A stretch of DNA of 64,000 bases, taken from contig CAWEWF010000004.1 of the NCBI GenBank assembly GCA_963812605.1, positions 352,001 to 416,000 of the forward strand, read 5' to 3'. A program made the translations under genes and the position numbers. The notes under the pieces were generated by a model that ran no database searches, was not told where the DNA came from, and saw only the letters and a program-made list of their open reading frames with translations. Source of the stretch: an uncultured Verrucomicrobiae bacterium (GTDB lineage: Bacteria; Verrucomicrobiota; Verrucomicrobiia; Palsa-1439). Positions 53,901-64,000 of this stretch are shown piece by piece. Numbering within the stretch: position 1 is the stretch's first letter; every line of letters starts with the position of its first letter.

Positions 53901-55487
53901 TTGCCAGTGCCACAAGGTTACGTAGCGCTCATCCTGCACGCGCATCTGCCGTTTGTGCGCCATCCTGAGTACGAGGACTTTCTCGAGGAAGACTGGCTGT
54001 ACGAGGCCATCACCGAGACCTACATCCCGCTCATCAAGATGATGGAAGGCCTCGTCCGCGACAACGTGGATTTTCGCCTGACGATGACGCTCACGCCGCC
54101 GCTCTGCTCGATGCTCCTCGATCCGCTGCTGCAGGAGCGCTACATCCGCCACATCACGCGGCTCATCGAACTCACCGAAAAGGAAATCGAACGCACCAAA
54201 TGGGACCGGGCCTTCAATGATCTCGCCTGGTTCTACCACCACCGTTTTCAAGAGGCCCGCGCCACGTTCTGCGACAGCTACGGGCGCAACCTCGTCGGCG
54301 CGTTCCGCAAGTTTCAGGAAATGGGCAAGCTCGAGATCATCACCTGCGGCGCGACCCACGGCTTTCTGCCGTTGATGACGGAGCATCCTGAATCCATTCG
54401 CGCCCAGATCATGATCGCGCGCGACCATTATCGCCAATGTTTCGGCTGCGACCCGCGCGGCATCTGGTTGCCGGAATGCGCCTACGTGCCCGGCATCGAC
54501 AAATTTCTCCAGGAGGCCGAGATCCGCTGGTTCATCATGGACTCGCATGGCCTCATGTTCGGCCATCCACGCCCGCGCTACGGGATTTACGCGCCGGTAT
54601 TCACGCCGACCGGCGTGGCCGCGTTCGGGCGCGACGTCGAATCTTCGAAGCAGGTCTGGAGTTCCGAGGAAGGGTATCCCGGCGACGGCGATTACCGCGA
54701 TTTCTACCGCGACGTCGGTTTCGACCTCGAATACGACTACATCAAGCCGTACATCCACCCCGACGGTATCCGCTGTTTCACCGGCGTGAAGTATTTCCGC
54801 ATCACGGGCAAGACGTCGAACAAGGAGCCCTACAACCGCCACAATGCGATGGAGAAAGCCGCGTCGCACGCCGGCAACTTCATGTTCAACCGCGAAAAAC
54901 AGGTCGAGCATCTCCTCGGCATCATGAAACGCCCGCCGCTGATCATCTCGCCGTACGACGCCGAATTGTACGGCCATTGGTGGTTCGAAGGCCCCGACTT
55001 CATCAACTTTTTCACGCGCAAGGTCGCATTCGACCAGAACGTCTTCAAGCTTACCACGCCGACCGAGTATCTGCGCAGTTTCCCGACCCAACAGATCACG
55101 CAGCCGGGCGCCTCGAGCTGGGGCAACAAGGGTTACTGGGAGGTCTGGCTGGAAGGCTCCAATGCGTGGATTTATCCGCACCTGCACGTTGCCGCGCAAC
55201 GCATGACCGAACTCGCGCGCAACTTCAAGCATGGCGACCATCTCACGCAGCGCGGCCTCAAACAGGCGGCCCGCGAACTCCTTCTCGCGCAATCCAGCGA
55301 CTGGGCATTCATCATGAAAACCGGGACAATGGTGCCCTACGCCGTGAAGCGGACGAAGGACCACATCCTGCGTTTCACGCGTCTCTACGAGCAGATTAAA
55401 GAACATCGCATCGATGAGCCCTGGCTTTCCTCAATTGAATGGCGGGACAACATCTTTCCTGACATCAATTATCATTACTACGCATAA
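53901..55487 (+). CDS. GH57 branching enzyme-like (DUF1957)
   Basis: HAHLP, WLPECAY, DAELYGHWW, QSSDW. Confidence 0.92.
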   Translation: MPVPQGYVALILHAHLPFVRHPEYEDFLEEDWLYEAITETYIPLIKMMEGLVRDNVDFRLTMTLTPPLCSMLLDPLLQERYIRHITRLIELTEKEIERTKWDRAFNDLAWFYHHRFQEARATFCDSYGRNLVGAFRKFQEMGKLEIITCGATHGFLPLMTEHPESIRAQIMIARDHYRQCFGCDPRGIWLPECAYVPGIDKFLQEAEIRWFIMDSHGLMFGHPRPRYGIYAPVFTPTGVAAFGRDVESSKQVWSSEEGYPGDGDYRDFYRDVGFDLEYDYIKPYIHPDGIRCFTGVKYFRITGKTSNKEPYNRHNAMEKAASHAGNFMFNREKQVEHLLGIMKRPPLIISPYDAELYGHWWFEGPDFINFFTRKVAFDQNVFKLTTPTEYLRSFPTQQITQPGASSWGNKGYWEVWLEGSNAWIYPHLHVAAQRMTELARNFKHGDHLTQRGLKQAARELLLAQSSDWAFIMKTGTMVPYAVKRTKDHILRFTRLYEQIKEHRIDEPWLSSIEWRDNIFPDINYHYYA

Positions 55488-55517
55488 GTTGTGTCGGGCT
55501 GGAGGCACTGCCATCAT

Positions 55518-56507
55518 TCAGCCCAGCGCCGCGCGCACCGCGTCGCGAATCTGCTCCAACCGCGCCGCATCGCGGATCTTCCGTCCGTCCGTGCCGGTCA
55601 TGAAGAAAACGTCCGCCGCTTCATCTTCCTCCGTCACGATCATGGCGTGGACGATGTCCACGTCGCACGTCGCAATGGCTTCCAAAATATCGTGCAACAA
55701 ACCCACCCGGTCGTGGGCCTCCACCTGCAGCACCGTGTAATCGTCAAACCGATCGTTATCGAACGTCAACACGGGCGCCTTGCCGCTGGCGGGAGCGTCC
55801 GCCGCGCCGGCGCACTGCATCCAGGTCCGCAGCACCGCGTCGCCGCCTCCATTCGGGCTGAACGCGACGGCCAACAGTTGCTCCATCTGCTTGAGCCGCG
55901 AAATGTCCTCGACGTGCCGCAATTCCTCATCGCAAATCTGGAACACGTCCAGCACCACGTTGTCCGTGCGCGTATAAATGTCCGCCCGCAGGATGTTCAA
56001 CCCGGTCGCCGCAAACGCGCCGGCAATTTTCGCCAGCAAACCCAGACGGTCCCACGTACAAACGACCACTTCAGAGAAACCACGATCGGGGAAGTGCCGC
56101 CAGTGCATAACGGGTGGCGCGAGGAGCACATCGCTGTGCGTGAGACCGTCAATAAATTGATGGATGATTTCCAGGTGCCACCGCAACGACTCGCCGTCCA
56201 CGCGCGGCCAGTACCGCAGCGGCATGCTGGCAAAATGCAGTTCCAGTTCCTCCGACCGGATCCCCAGGTCGGCGTTCACCGTCAGTTCGTACAGCCGGCT
56301 CCGGTGCGTCTCGAAAATCTGCTGCACGGTCTTCGTGCCCCGGTTGAGTTGCGTCGCCACCGCCGGCGCGCCCCGGGCAATACGTTTCCCTCGCCCGGTA
56401 CTGACGTGGACGTTTCCATGTTTGTGTTCATAGCACCGCCCGTGCTGGAATCGCCGAAACCCCTCGCTCCAGATCGGAGGCCAGGAGACGCAAGACGCTG
56501 AAATCAT
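55518..56507 (-). CDS. GlnD C-terminal-like tandem ACT protein
   Basis: DRLGLLAKIAG, DRVGLLHDI, ADVF; start uncertain. Confidence 0.75.
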   Translation of the reverse strand: MISASCVSWPPIWSEGFRRFQHGRCYEHKHGNVHVSTGRGKRIARGAPAVATQLNRGTKTVQQIFETHRSRLYELTVNADLGIRSEELELHFASMPLRYWPRVDGESLRWHLEIIHQFIDGLTHSDVLLAPPVMHWRHFPDRGFSEVVVCTWDRLGLLAKIAGAFAATGLNILRADIYTRTDNVVLDVFQICDEELRHVEDISRLKQMEQLLAVAFSPNGGGDAVLRTWMQCAGAADAPASGKAPVLTFDNDRFDDYTVLQVEAHDRVGLLHDILEAIATCDVDIVHAMIVTEEDEAADVFFMTGTDGRKIRDAARLEQIRDAVRAALG

Positions 56508-56646
56508 TGTAAATACAGGAGAATTTCACCCTCTCGACCAAGCGCCGCGAAACACCAGAAATTTTCCGGAGCCGTGCCGTGCATCGCATACCCTGTCGCC
56601 ATTTGTCCACGCTGGTCAGTTTGCAATCGACATTTGCATCCCGCGG

Positions 56647-59208
56647 TCAGTTGACGAATGTCATTTTGGCCCGCTGTGACATAAGAAAATAGCTCACCCA
56701 GATGAACGCAGAGATTATCTCACGGACGATTGCCGGGCCCCAGTTCGTCGTGGAATGGCGGACAACGGCGTGAATCTGATCGGCAAGAACATGATCGGCA
56801 ACCTGAATTATGGGATGCGCAATCAGAAAGACAATCCAACAAATGACCGCGACGCGCCGCTTTTGAAAAAACATGGCCACCATCAGGATGGCAAACACTA
56901 GTAAGAAAATGTTCGTAAGTAGTTCGCCGGTCAACAGCGGCGCCCACAAGGGGTGATAGGACTCACTGGCTTGGGACGTGAGCGCCGTCCAATGGTCCAT
57001 CCGGAACATGTAGCGAAGCTTGAAACACTGGAATGCGATAACAAATGGATTCACTACCACACCGATTGCCGGCAAAATCAGCCAACCGGCAATGCCGCGC
57101 AGGTTTGGATCGATGCCATCCGTCGATGGCGGAGGCGTGCTGGACCGGTATCGATAGAGCCATACTGCACCACCCACCATCAGGAGCGTAAACAGGGTCG
57201 AAGTCAGGATGAGCTGCCAATTGAGGCCGCCCCCACGGAAACCACTTGTCTCCAACCCCAACACCGGTGTGAATATGTGGGTGTTGAGCACGTGATCCAT
57301 TCGATCCAATGCTTGCAAGTATTCGGCCGTTTGCTCCGCCGGTACGGAGTCAGACAACGTGTCAAACTGATACGTCAGGCGCAGGACGCAGTTGGCATAG
57401 GTCCGTCGAAAACTGAATTCCATAAACTTGCTGGCCACCACAATATTCGTGGGCAGCACGTTCCAGGCGTTTGGCAGCGCTACTTCAATCGTGTGAATTA
57501 CGTTGGCGGGATAATTGACGGCCAATGGCATGGTGCGATGGATCGTGCGCGGTTTCTGCACCTTGCTGACGATTGACCACGGGGCTACATCCTGTGTCCA
57601 CTTGCGCTTGTCATCGCTCAACAACCAAAACCCCGGTACCTGATAGTCCTGGACGGTTTTCAGGATGTTGTGTGCTGTATCGTCATGGATCTGCACATGC
57701 CCTTGCAGAATCAACTGCGGGAACCATCGAGCGTGATAATTTGACAATTCTTTGTCCAGTTGGTCCTGGGTTACCTGCGTGTAATAGAACCGCATCTGCT
57801 CGGCTTCCAGGCCGTGACGCACCGTTTCGATCCGGAGCGTCGCCGGATTGGTAAGGCTCCGGGCATCGTAGTGCTCGTATACCTCAACAATGGGCTCCGC
57901 CAAAAGCGAGCCGGTAACCTTGCTGAGCTTCTCAGTGTCGTCACGCACCACCAGTGCCGCGCCGTACTCCGGCACATAAAAGTCGCGCAACCGCCCGCGT
58001 TGATGCGAGCGCGTGGGATCGATCCAGTATGTTTTGCCGCCAACACTGACCTGCGCGATCGTGTGGTTGAAACACAGCGGGGACGGCAGCCAGTCTTCGA
58101 CCGTTTGCTGCGCCCATGTGCTGACCAACGCCGGATGCGATTCGATTCCCAGCGCATCCAGCAGACTGCATAGCAGGAGCGTCTTGTCCTTGCAGTCTCC
58201 AAACCGCCGCTGCGCCACGACGTTGGGATCGGCCGGCGCGTGGCTGCTGGCGCCGAGTTCGATTCCCAGGTAGCGGATATCGTCCTCCACGAACTCCAGT
58301 GCGGCCAATACCTGGTCCTCCTTGTCCGAAGATTGCGCGCGCCACTCGTTCACTTTTTCCTGTAGCTCGGGCGAAAGCGTCGCGGGTCTCCGGTTCAGGT
58401 GATTCGACCACCGCGCCACGTCTCCCCAATCGGTGAACTCGCTCAGTTGGAGCCACGCGAACGGTTGGTACCAGGTCGGCAGATCGCCTTCGCTCACGAT
58501 GGCCGGCACATGCATTTCGTCCCAGACATACTCCGTCTGGTCCCCAACTTTCCGGATGCTCGGGGCCAGGGTCGATCCGTGGGGCTTGATCTGCAGGGCT
58601 CGATTCGACGGCCAGAGCACGCGCACCCGGTTTCGCCCGACCGGCACCTGCCACTGGGTGGCGATCGCATCCACGTAATGATCGTCGAAGACCGGGTTTG
58701 TCCCGCGCAATGTATAGGAGTACTCGATCACATCGCCCACGCGCACATCTTCGAGAAATTGGACCACCGAGAGCGCGCCGTCGTAGATCTGGCGCTCCAA
58801 ATCACGCTCGCGCTGCAGCACCTTCATATTGCTTCGATCCAGGCGATTGAGAATATTCGTGCCGCGATGAATCTGGATCGTGTGCAGAATCAGCTGCTGG
58901 TAGGACGGGTCCACATCGAACGACAATTCCGCGCCCTCTTGGACGCCTTGATGCGACACGATCTTTTTGGCGACGTGAGCAAAGGCTTCCACTCCCAGAT
59001 CGCCATGGTGCACCTGATGATCAATGAGCAGGTACCGCGTTCCCACCGGTAACTGCGTGGGCGCGTTATCGTCGTCGTCTGGTAACGGAATGCGATCGGC
59101 CCAATCTGGCATGGGACCGACACTCACTGGATCGGCTGTGTCCGCCGCCGCGGAACGCGACAAGGCTACCAACAGCGACAGGGCAAAGAATAGAAAGCGT
59201 CGACTCAC
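56647..59208 (-). CDS. DUF3857/transglutaminase-like protein with DUF2569-like membrane tail
   Basis: GDCKDK, FNH, WIDPT; GIAGWL...RAKMTF. Confidence 0.85.
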   Translation of the reverse strand: MSRRFLFFALSLLVALSRSAAADTADPVSVGPMPDWADRIPLPDDDDNAPTQLPVGTRYLLIDHQVHHGDLGVEAFAHVAKKIVSHQGVQEGAELSFDVDPSYQQLILHTIQIHRGTNILNRLDRSNMKVLQRERDLERQIYDGALSVVQFLEDVRVGDVIEYSYTLRGTNPVFDDHYVDAIATQWQVPVGRNRVRVLWPSNRALQIKPHGSTLAPSIRKVGDQTEYVWDEMHVPAIVSEGDLPTWYQPFAWLQLSEFTDWGDVARWSNHLNRRPATLSPELQEKVNEWRAQSSDKEDQVLAALEFVEDDIRYLGIELGASSHAPADPNVVAQRRFGDCKDKTLLLCSLLDALGIESHPALVSTWAQQTVEDWLPSPLCFNHTIAQVSVGGKTYWIDPTRSHQRGRLRDFYVPEYGAALVVRDDTEKLSKVTGSLLAEPIVEVYEHYDARSLTNPATLRIETVRHGLEAEQMRFYYTQVTQDQLDKELSNYHARWFPQLILQGHVQIHDDTAHNILKTVQDYQVPGFWLLSDDKRKWTQDVAPWSIVSKVQKPRTIHRTMPLAVNYPANVIHTIEVALPNAWNVLPTNIVVASKFMEFSFRRTYANCVLRLTYQFDTLSDSVPAEQTAEYLQALDRMDHVLNTHIFTPVLGLETSGFRGGGLNWQLILTSTLFTLLMVGGAVWLYRYRSSTPPPSTDGIDPNLRGIAGWLILPAIGVVVNPFVIAFQCFKLRYMFRMDHWTALTSQASESYHPLWAPLLTGELLTNIFLLVFAILMVAMFFQKRRVAVICWIVFLIAHPIIQVADHVLADQIHAVVRHSTTNWGPAIVREIISAFIWVSYFLMSQRAKMTFVN

Positions 59209-59560
59209 GCAAGCGCCTTATCGCATGCCGCCGAGGCGATGACAAGTTCCTTCAACTCGGCCCGGTTGCATCCCATGTTGCCCCCCGCCATGCGCTGCTG
59301 TTGGTAGGGACGGCTGGAGCACAGCCTCAGTCACACAAGACCAACTCGTCCTATATGAAACATCGGAAGAATATGCGCACGATTCCGCTCGCTCGTCTCT
59401 GAAAACACAAAGGCGTCACAAATGAAGGAACGGCGAGGTCGCGAAAGAAACGCTCGTTTGGCGTTGCAGTGGACATCGCTATTCTAAAGTGTCAAATTGA
59501 AACGCCAAGGTCTGGCACTCCCTCCGTCTGAGTTGTGACTTACAATCGGCTAGAAATCCC

Positions 59561-60718
59561 CTACCGCAACACCGGCGCGATCAACAATCCGATCCCGTAC
59601 GTCAGCAGCGCTTCGCCGACGCCGACTACGGTCATCTCTGCGCCGCTCTTCAGCCATGACCGGCCCGTCACGATCACCTTCGACGCGCCGACCGCGAAAT
59701 GCGCGACCGTGCTGATGGCGAATGACCAGATCAGGGCCTGAGTTCCCGACAGAAATAAAAACGGGATTACCGGCACGAATGCTCCCGCCGCGGTGCTCAA
59801 CATCGCGCTCACCGCCGAACGCCACGGGTTGGGAAACGCCTTCTCCGACAACCCCAGTTCCTCATGCGCGAGCGTCTTCAGCAACTGCTCGGGCTGCTCC
59901 GCCAGCCGCGCCGCCATCATCTTCGCTTCCTCGACGGAAAATCCTTTCAACTGGTAAAACAGCTCCATCTCCTCGCGTTCCTGGTCCGGGTCCTGCTCAA
60001 TCTCCATCCGCTCGCGTTTCATCTCCGCCTCGTACACCTCGCGCTCCGATTTCGTCGCCAGGTACGCGCCGCTGCCCATCGACAGCGCCGACGCGATGGC
60101 CGTCGCGATGCCACTCAACAACACAAACTTGCCATTCACATTCGTCGCGCCCGCCACGCCGCTCACCACGCCGAACGCCGCGCCCAGTCCGTCGTTCACC
60201 CCGTAAATCGCCTGCCCGATCCACCCCGCCCCGGTCACGTGCCACTTCTCCGAACCCAAAATCTTCTGCAATCTCCGTTGCGCCGGCGGAATCTGCCCCT
60301 CGGTAAACTCACTCAACACCCGGCTGTGGGCGCGTTCCTCCCGCTGCGCCTCCACCAACTGCGTGCGCACCTCTTCGCTCGGCGCGATCTTCGCCAGTTC
60401 ATCGTACATCGCGTCCGCGCCGTTCTCCGCCGCCTCCAGTTTCACCACCGCCCGGTCCGTCCCGCTTTGCAGCAAGGCCCAGCGCCGCGCGCGTTCGACC
60501 AACGTCTCGCGGTATTCGCCCGGCTCCGCGCCGAGTTCCCGCAATCGCGCCGCCCAGTTCGCCGCGTGTTTCTCCTCAGCCTCCGCCAGCCGCAACAAAA
60601 TTTCGCGCCGATCCGGATGCGCCTCCTGTTTCGCCAGCGCCCGGTAATTGCGCGCGCTCCCCATCTCATCGCGCCAGGCCAGCTTCAATCCGCCAACCAG
60701 TTTTTCGCGCTCACTCAT
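59561..60718 (-). CDS. rubrerythrin-like + VIT1/CCC1 fusion
   Basis: EEKH/ERAH; GVNDGL, SMGSGAYL, EELG. Confidence 0.88.
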   Translation of the reverse strand: MSEREKLVGGLKLAWRDEMGSARNYRALAKQEAHPDRREILLRLAEAEEKHAANWAARLRELGAEPGEYRETLVERARRWALLQSGTDRAVVKLEAAENGADAMYDELAKIAPSEEVRTQLVEAQREERAHSRVLSEFTEGQIPPAQRRLQKILGSEKWHVTGAGWIGQAIYGVNDGLGAAFGVVSGVAGATNVNGKFVLLSGIATAIASALSMGSGAYLATKSEREVYEAEMKRERMEIEQDPDQEREEMELFYQLKGFSVEEAKMMAARLAEQPEQLLKTLAHEELGLSEKAFPNPWRSAVSAMLSTAAGAFVPVIPFLFLSGTQALIWSFAISTVAHFAVGASKVIVTGRSWLKSGAEMTVVGVGEALLTYGIGLLIAPVLR

Positions 60719-60868
60719 GACGCCTCTATTCTATCATATCAACTCCGCCATTATTGTAGGGCGCGATGCCTGTCGTCTAGGTATCGCACCGTGTTCCACC
60801 ACATCCGTCATCGCGGCCCGCCTGCCGTCGCCGGATTGACCTTCCGCCCCGTCCTTGCTAGCCTTCCA

Positions 60869-62188
60869 CTGTTGAGACCCCGACGGCAAATATCGCTGAT
60901 TCTATCGCCCTTGTTCGTGATGGCCTGCGGTTTCGCCCCACTGGCGTCCGCTGCGATCATCGGCACCAATCCACCAGCGTTGTCGCTCACGACGAATCGC
61001 ATCGACGCGCTACCGGCGGCGCAGCAACAGGCCTGGAAAGACTATCTCGCAAAATCCGAGCGGCAGAGGCAGGCCGACCAGGCTTTTCTGCAAGCGGAAC
61101 TCAGCGAGCACAAGCTCGCGGAGCCGGTGCTTCCGCCTGCGGGTCGCTCGGCGGATTCTCTGCCCCTTGATAAACCGGCGGACTGGTACGGCGGGACCGA
61201 TGCGGTGCGGATCGCCGATATCGTCGTCTCGTTCCAAACACCTGCGGGAGGATGGAGCAAGAACCTCGATATGTCGCTGCATCCGCGTGCGCCCGGGGAA
61301 GCGTTCGCGCCCGACAACCGTTCACGCTTCCTTGCCCCGGGCGACTTCGATACACCGCACAACGTGAAGTGGAACTATGTCGGCACGTTCGACAATGATG
61401 CCACCATGACCCAACTGCGCTATCTCGCGAAGGTCATCACCGCGGTCGGGCCGGACCGCAGCGCCGCTTATCGCAAGGCGTTCATGCACGGGATCGTGTA
61501 CATCACGGTCGCGCAATATCCCAACGGCGGCTGGCCCCAGGTCTGGCCGCTCGAGGGCGGTTATCATGACACGATCACTTACAACGACGACGCCATGATC
61601 AACCTTCTCGGATTGCTGCGCGACGTTGCCTGGGGTACCAACGAATTCGCTTTCATGCCCCTTTCGGTGCGCGCACAGGCCGGCGATAGCGCCCGGCGCG
61701 GGATCGATTGTCTCGTGGCGACGCAAATTGTCGTGGACGGCCATCGCACGGTCTGGTGCCAGCAACATGACCCGCTCACCTTGCAGCCCGCGTCCGGTCG
61801 GAATTACGAAATGCCGTCACAGGTTTCCAGCGAGAGCGCGGATATCATGTTGTTCCTGATGAGCCTGCCCAAACCCAGCCCGCCGATCATCGCCACCGTC
61901 CATGCCGCCGCCGCATGGTTCGAGAAAACGAAGATTTCCGACATGGCTTACCAGCGTGTCGGCGACGACGGACGGCGCCTCGCAGCCGCTCCTGGCAGCG
62001 GACCGATTTGGGCCCGCTATTACGAAATCGGCACCGACCGCCCGATCTTCGGCGACCGCGACAAGACGATTCATGACAACCTTGAGGAGATTTCCAAGGA
62101 GCGACGGCGCGGGTACGCGTGGTATCGGGATACCCCCAAGCATGCGCTCGAAGTTTACGCCGTGTGGAGCAAAACGCATCCGCAATGA
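60869..62188 (+). CDS. PL10 pectate lyase (PelA-type), start approximate
   Basis: GGWSKN, TFDNDAT, NGGWPQ, ITYNDDAM, WCQQH, ERRRGYAW. Confidence 0.9.
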   Translation: MLRPRRQISLILSPLFVMACGFAPLASAAIIGTNPPALSLTTNRIDALPAAQQQAWKDYLAKSERQRQADQAFLQAELSEHKLAEPVLPPAGRSADSLPLDKPADWYGGTDAVRIADIVVSFQTPAGGWSKNLDMSLHPRAPGEAFAPDNRSRFLAPGDFDTPHNVKWNYVGTFDNDATMTQLRYLAKVITAVGPDRSAAYRKAFMHGIVYITVAQYPNGGWPQVWPLEGGYHDTITYNDDAMINLLGLLRDVAWGTNEFAFMPLSVRAQAGDSARRGIDCLVATQIVVDGHRTVWCQQHDPLTLQPASGRNYEMPSQVSSESADIMLFLMSLPKPSPPIIATVHAAAAWFEKTKISDMAYQRVGDDGRRLAAAPGSGPIWARYYEIGTDRPIFGDRDKTIHDNLEEISKERRRGYAWYRDTPKHALEVYAVWSKTHPQ

Positions 62189-62196
62189 AGTCCGTT

Positions 62197-62318
62197 GTAG
62201 CGGCGGTCTGTGACCGCCGAAATTGCGCGAGAAAGCGATCCCGTCGCGTTTGTAGGCCGACTCTGTGAGTCGGCGAATTTCTTGAAGAATTTCGCCGCTT
62301 CTACGAAGGGGCCTACAG
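62197..62318. repeat. GTAG-type REP-like cluster between convergent genes
   Basis: gtagcggcggtctgtgaccgccg; gtaggccgactctgtgagtcggc. Confidence 0.7.
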
Positions 62319-62328
62319 TTAGACCGCC

Positions 62329-62856
62329 CTACTCCACCAGATAGCTCAAAACGGTGCGAAGTTCGGCGGCATGCGTGGCGGGATTCACTTTCGGGTCCAC
62401 AAAGGCGATTTTGCCGGCCTTGTTGATGACGAACGTGACGCGGCTGGCGACGACACTGTTGGTGTCCGCCACGCCATAGGTCTCGGCCACTTTCTTGTCG
62501 GTGTCCGCCAGCAACACGAACGGCAGCTTGTATTTCTCGATGAACGCCTTGTGCGACTCGACCGAATCGAAGCTCACGCCCAGGACCGTTGCGTCCAATC
62601 CCTTGAATTCCTCCATCGTGTCGCGGATGCCGCAGGCTTCCGTCGTGCACCCCTTCGTGTCATCCTTCGGGTAAAAGTAGAGGATGATGTTGCTCTTGCC
62701 CACGTAATCTTTCAAATGGACAGTTGTCCCGTCGCTGGCCGGCGCGGAAAAATCCGGCGCTTTGTCGCCGACCTTTGGCATGTCGGCGCTGAACGCTAGA
62801 GATTGCGCCAACAGCAAAACGCTCAGGAACAAAATAAATGGTTTCATCAGGATCAC
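62329..62856 (-). CDS. bcp: BCP-type peroxiredoxin with signal peptide
   Basis: FYPKDDTKGCTTEAC. Confidence 0.88.
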   Translation of the reverse strand: MILMKPFILFLSVLLLAQSLAFSADMPKVGDKAPDFSAPASDGTTVHLKDYVGKSNIILYFYPKDDTKGCTTEACGIRDTMEEFKGLDATVLGVSFDSVESHKAFIEKYKLPFVLLADTDKKVAETYGVADTNSVVASRVTFVINKAGKIAFVDPKVNPATHAAELRTVLSYLVE

Positions 62857-64000
62857 TCGTTGTGGGGGATTTTGACCGTACTCTTGCCGACAAATTCGCG
62901 GATGACAGAGTCGCCGGGAATGACCTCGTAGGAATCCACCTGTTCGCGGCTGAATCCCTCGACCGATTCGAGCAGGCGCTTCACGCGGTCGTAGCGAATG
63001 CGGGCGTCGAGGAAGCCGCCATACGGCCCAAAAGTTTCCGCCGGTGGCAGATACCCGTCGGGTCCCGCAAAGAACGGCTTCAGCGCAGCCAGATCGAACG
63101 GCAGGCCGCCGTTGACGATGTGGTCGGCCAGCCCCATCAGTGGGACGATGCTGAACAATTCCCCGGCGCGCACGTAGTGCCAGTGCAACATCGTCGAGAG
63201 CGGACTGTGATTGCGATGTTGCACGTCGCGCAGCATGCGGCGAATCAACCGCACATCCGTAAACTTGGTCAGCCGATTGGTGCTGCCATCGCCTTCATAG
63301 AGGACATTAAGCGTCTCGATGTACAAGCGGAATTGCGTCGTCGGGTCGATCTCCTCGGTGATCGGCGGATAAAAACCGTGGAGGCAATCCAGCAGCAGGA
63401 TCTGCCCCTTCTCCAGCTTGACCGGCTTGGAGGAAACCCGCCGGCCTTCCTTGAAGCTGTACACCGGTTTCTCGATCGTCTTGCCGTCGAGCAAATCCCG
63501 CAAATGCCGATTGAGCAACTGGATGTCGAGCGCCTCGGGCGTTTCGAAATTGCGGTCGTTGATCCAGTCGGACGGATGCTCGATCAGCGCCCAGAAATAA
63601 TCGTCGAGGTTCAACATGAGGAACTGCAGGCCCTGCTTCCGCAGCCGCTCGGTCAGTTTCACGGTCGTCGTGGTCTTGCCCGACGAACTCGGGCCGCTGA
63701 CCCACATCATGCGGAGGTCGTCGCCCGCGTTCAGTCGCGCGATCACCTTGCGCGCCGCTTCATCCAGCGACGCCTCGTACAGGGCGAGCGACTCATCGAT
63801 CAGCGACTTGAATTTGCCGCCGCGCACGACTTCATTCAGGCCCGCCACCGTGTCGCACCCGCGCTGCCGGTTCCACTCCAGCGTCTTTTCCATGCGCTTC
63901 CGCGGAAAACCGTTCCCGACGAATTGCGTTTCGGTGATCGCGCCCTCGCGGAACCAATGGCGGCCCCAGCGATAGCATTCGTAGGCATCCGCCGTGTTCT
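62853..64000 (-). CDS. uridine kinase-like P-loop protein, 5' end outside window
   Basis: GPSSSGKTTT, LDDYF, PEALD; frame open to window edge. Confidence 0.8.
   Translation of the reverse strand, partial: NTADAYECYRWGRHWFREGAITETQFVGNGFPRKRMEKTLEWNRQRGCDTVAGLNEVVRGGKFKSLIDESLALYEASLDEAARKVIARLNAGDDLRMMWVSGPSSSGKTTTTVKLTERLRKQGLQFLMLNLDDYFWALIEHPSDWINDRNFETPEALDIQLLNRHLRDLLDGKTIEKPVYSFKEGRRVSSKPVKLEKGQILLLDCLHGFYPPITEEIDPTTQFRLYIETLNVLYEGDGSTNRLTKFTDVRLIRRMLRDVQHRNHSPLSTMLHWHYVRAGELFSIVPLMGLADHIVNGGLPFDLAALKPFFAGPDGYLPPAETFGPYGGFLDARIRYDRVKRLLESVEGFSREQVDSYEVIPGDSVIREFVGKSTVKIPHNE

Noticed and set aside
53076-55406. Long antisense ORFs (776 aa here; also 21313..22767, 47448..48824, 7068..8267)
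   Set aside because: Shadow frames of clear genes in GC-rich DNA.
59864-60868. N-terminal extension of the 774-aa pectate lyase ORF
   Set aside because: Antisense to the VIT1 gene; the real signal peptide begins near 60870-60920.
1-64000. tRNA or rRNA genes
   Set aside because: No cloverleaf or rRNA signature recognised by eye.

Overview
GC-rich bacterial window, probably Verrucomicrobiota/PVC. This is an inference from an H-X9-DG prepilin-like gene, BACON domains, the DUF4912+GH57 pair and GTAG/CTAC-type REP clusters. Many genes are broken by single frameshifts, probably long-read indel errors. Left to right it holds: GT4, deacetylase and an SPT/BioF-like gene; a two-TolC MacAB/Lol-like exporter; an accessory patch (vapBC, Zn-ribbon and GIY-YIG genes, DUF2442-like gene, truncated IS110 whose bridge-RNA guides match the flanking REP); a TetR-HlyD-ABC operon; an S53 protease; a wzm/wzt glycan locus with a WbdD-like methyltransferase carrying a 105-bp coiled-coil tandem repeat; a type II R-M island; a candidate structured ncRNA; an ABC-F gene; an AT-rich island; then DUF4912, GH57, ACT, transglutaminase, VIT1, PL10, BCP and a kinase. 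The most unusual element is the AT-rich island (48.8-51.4 kb): three 58-bp direct repeats, each coupled at identical spacing to a sigma70-like promoter, upstream of a wHTH/wHTH/TIR-like operon. All family calls come from motif recognition by eye; no searches were run.
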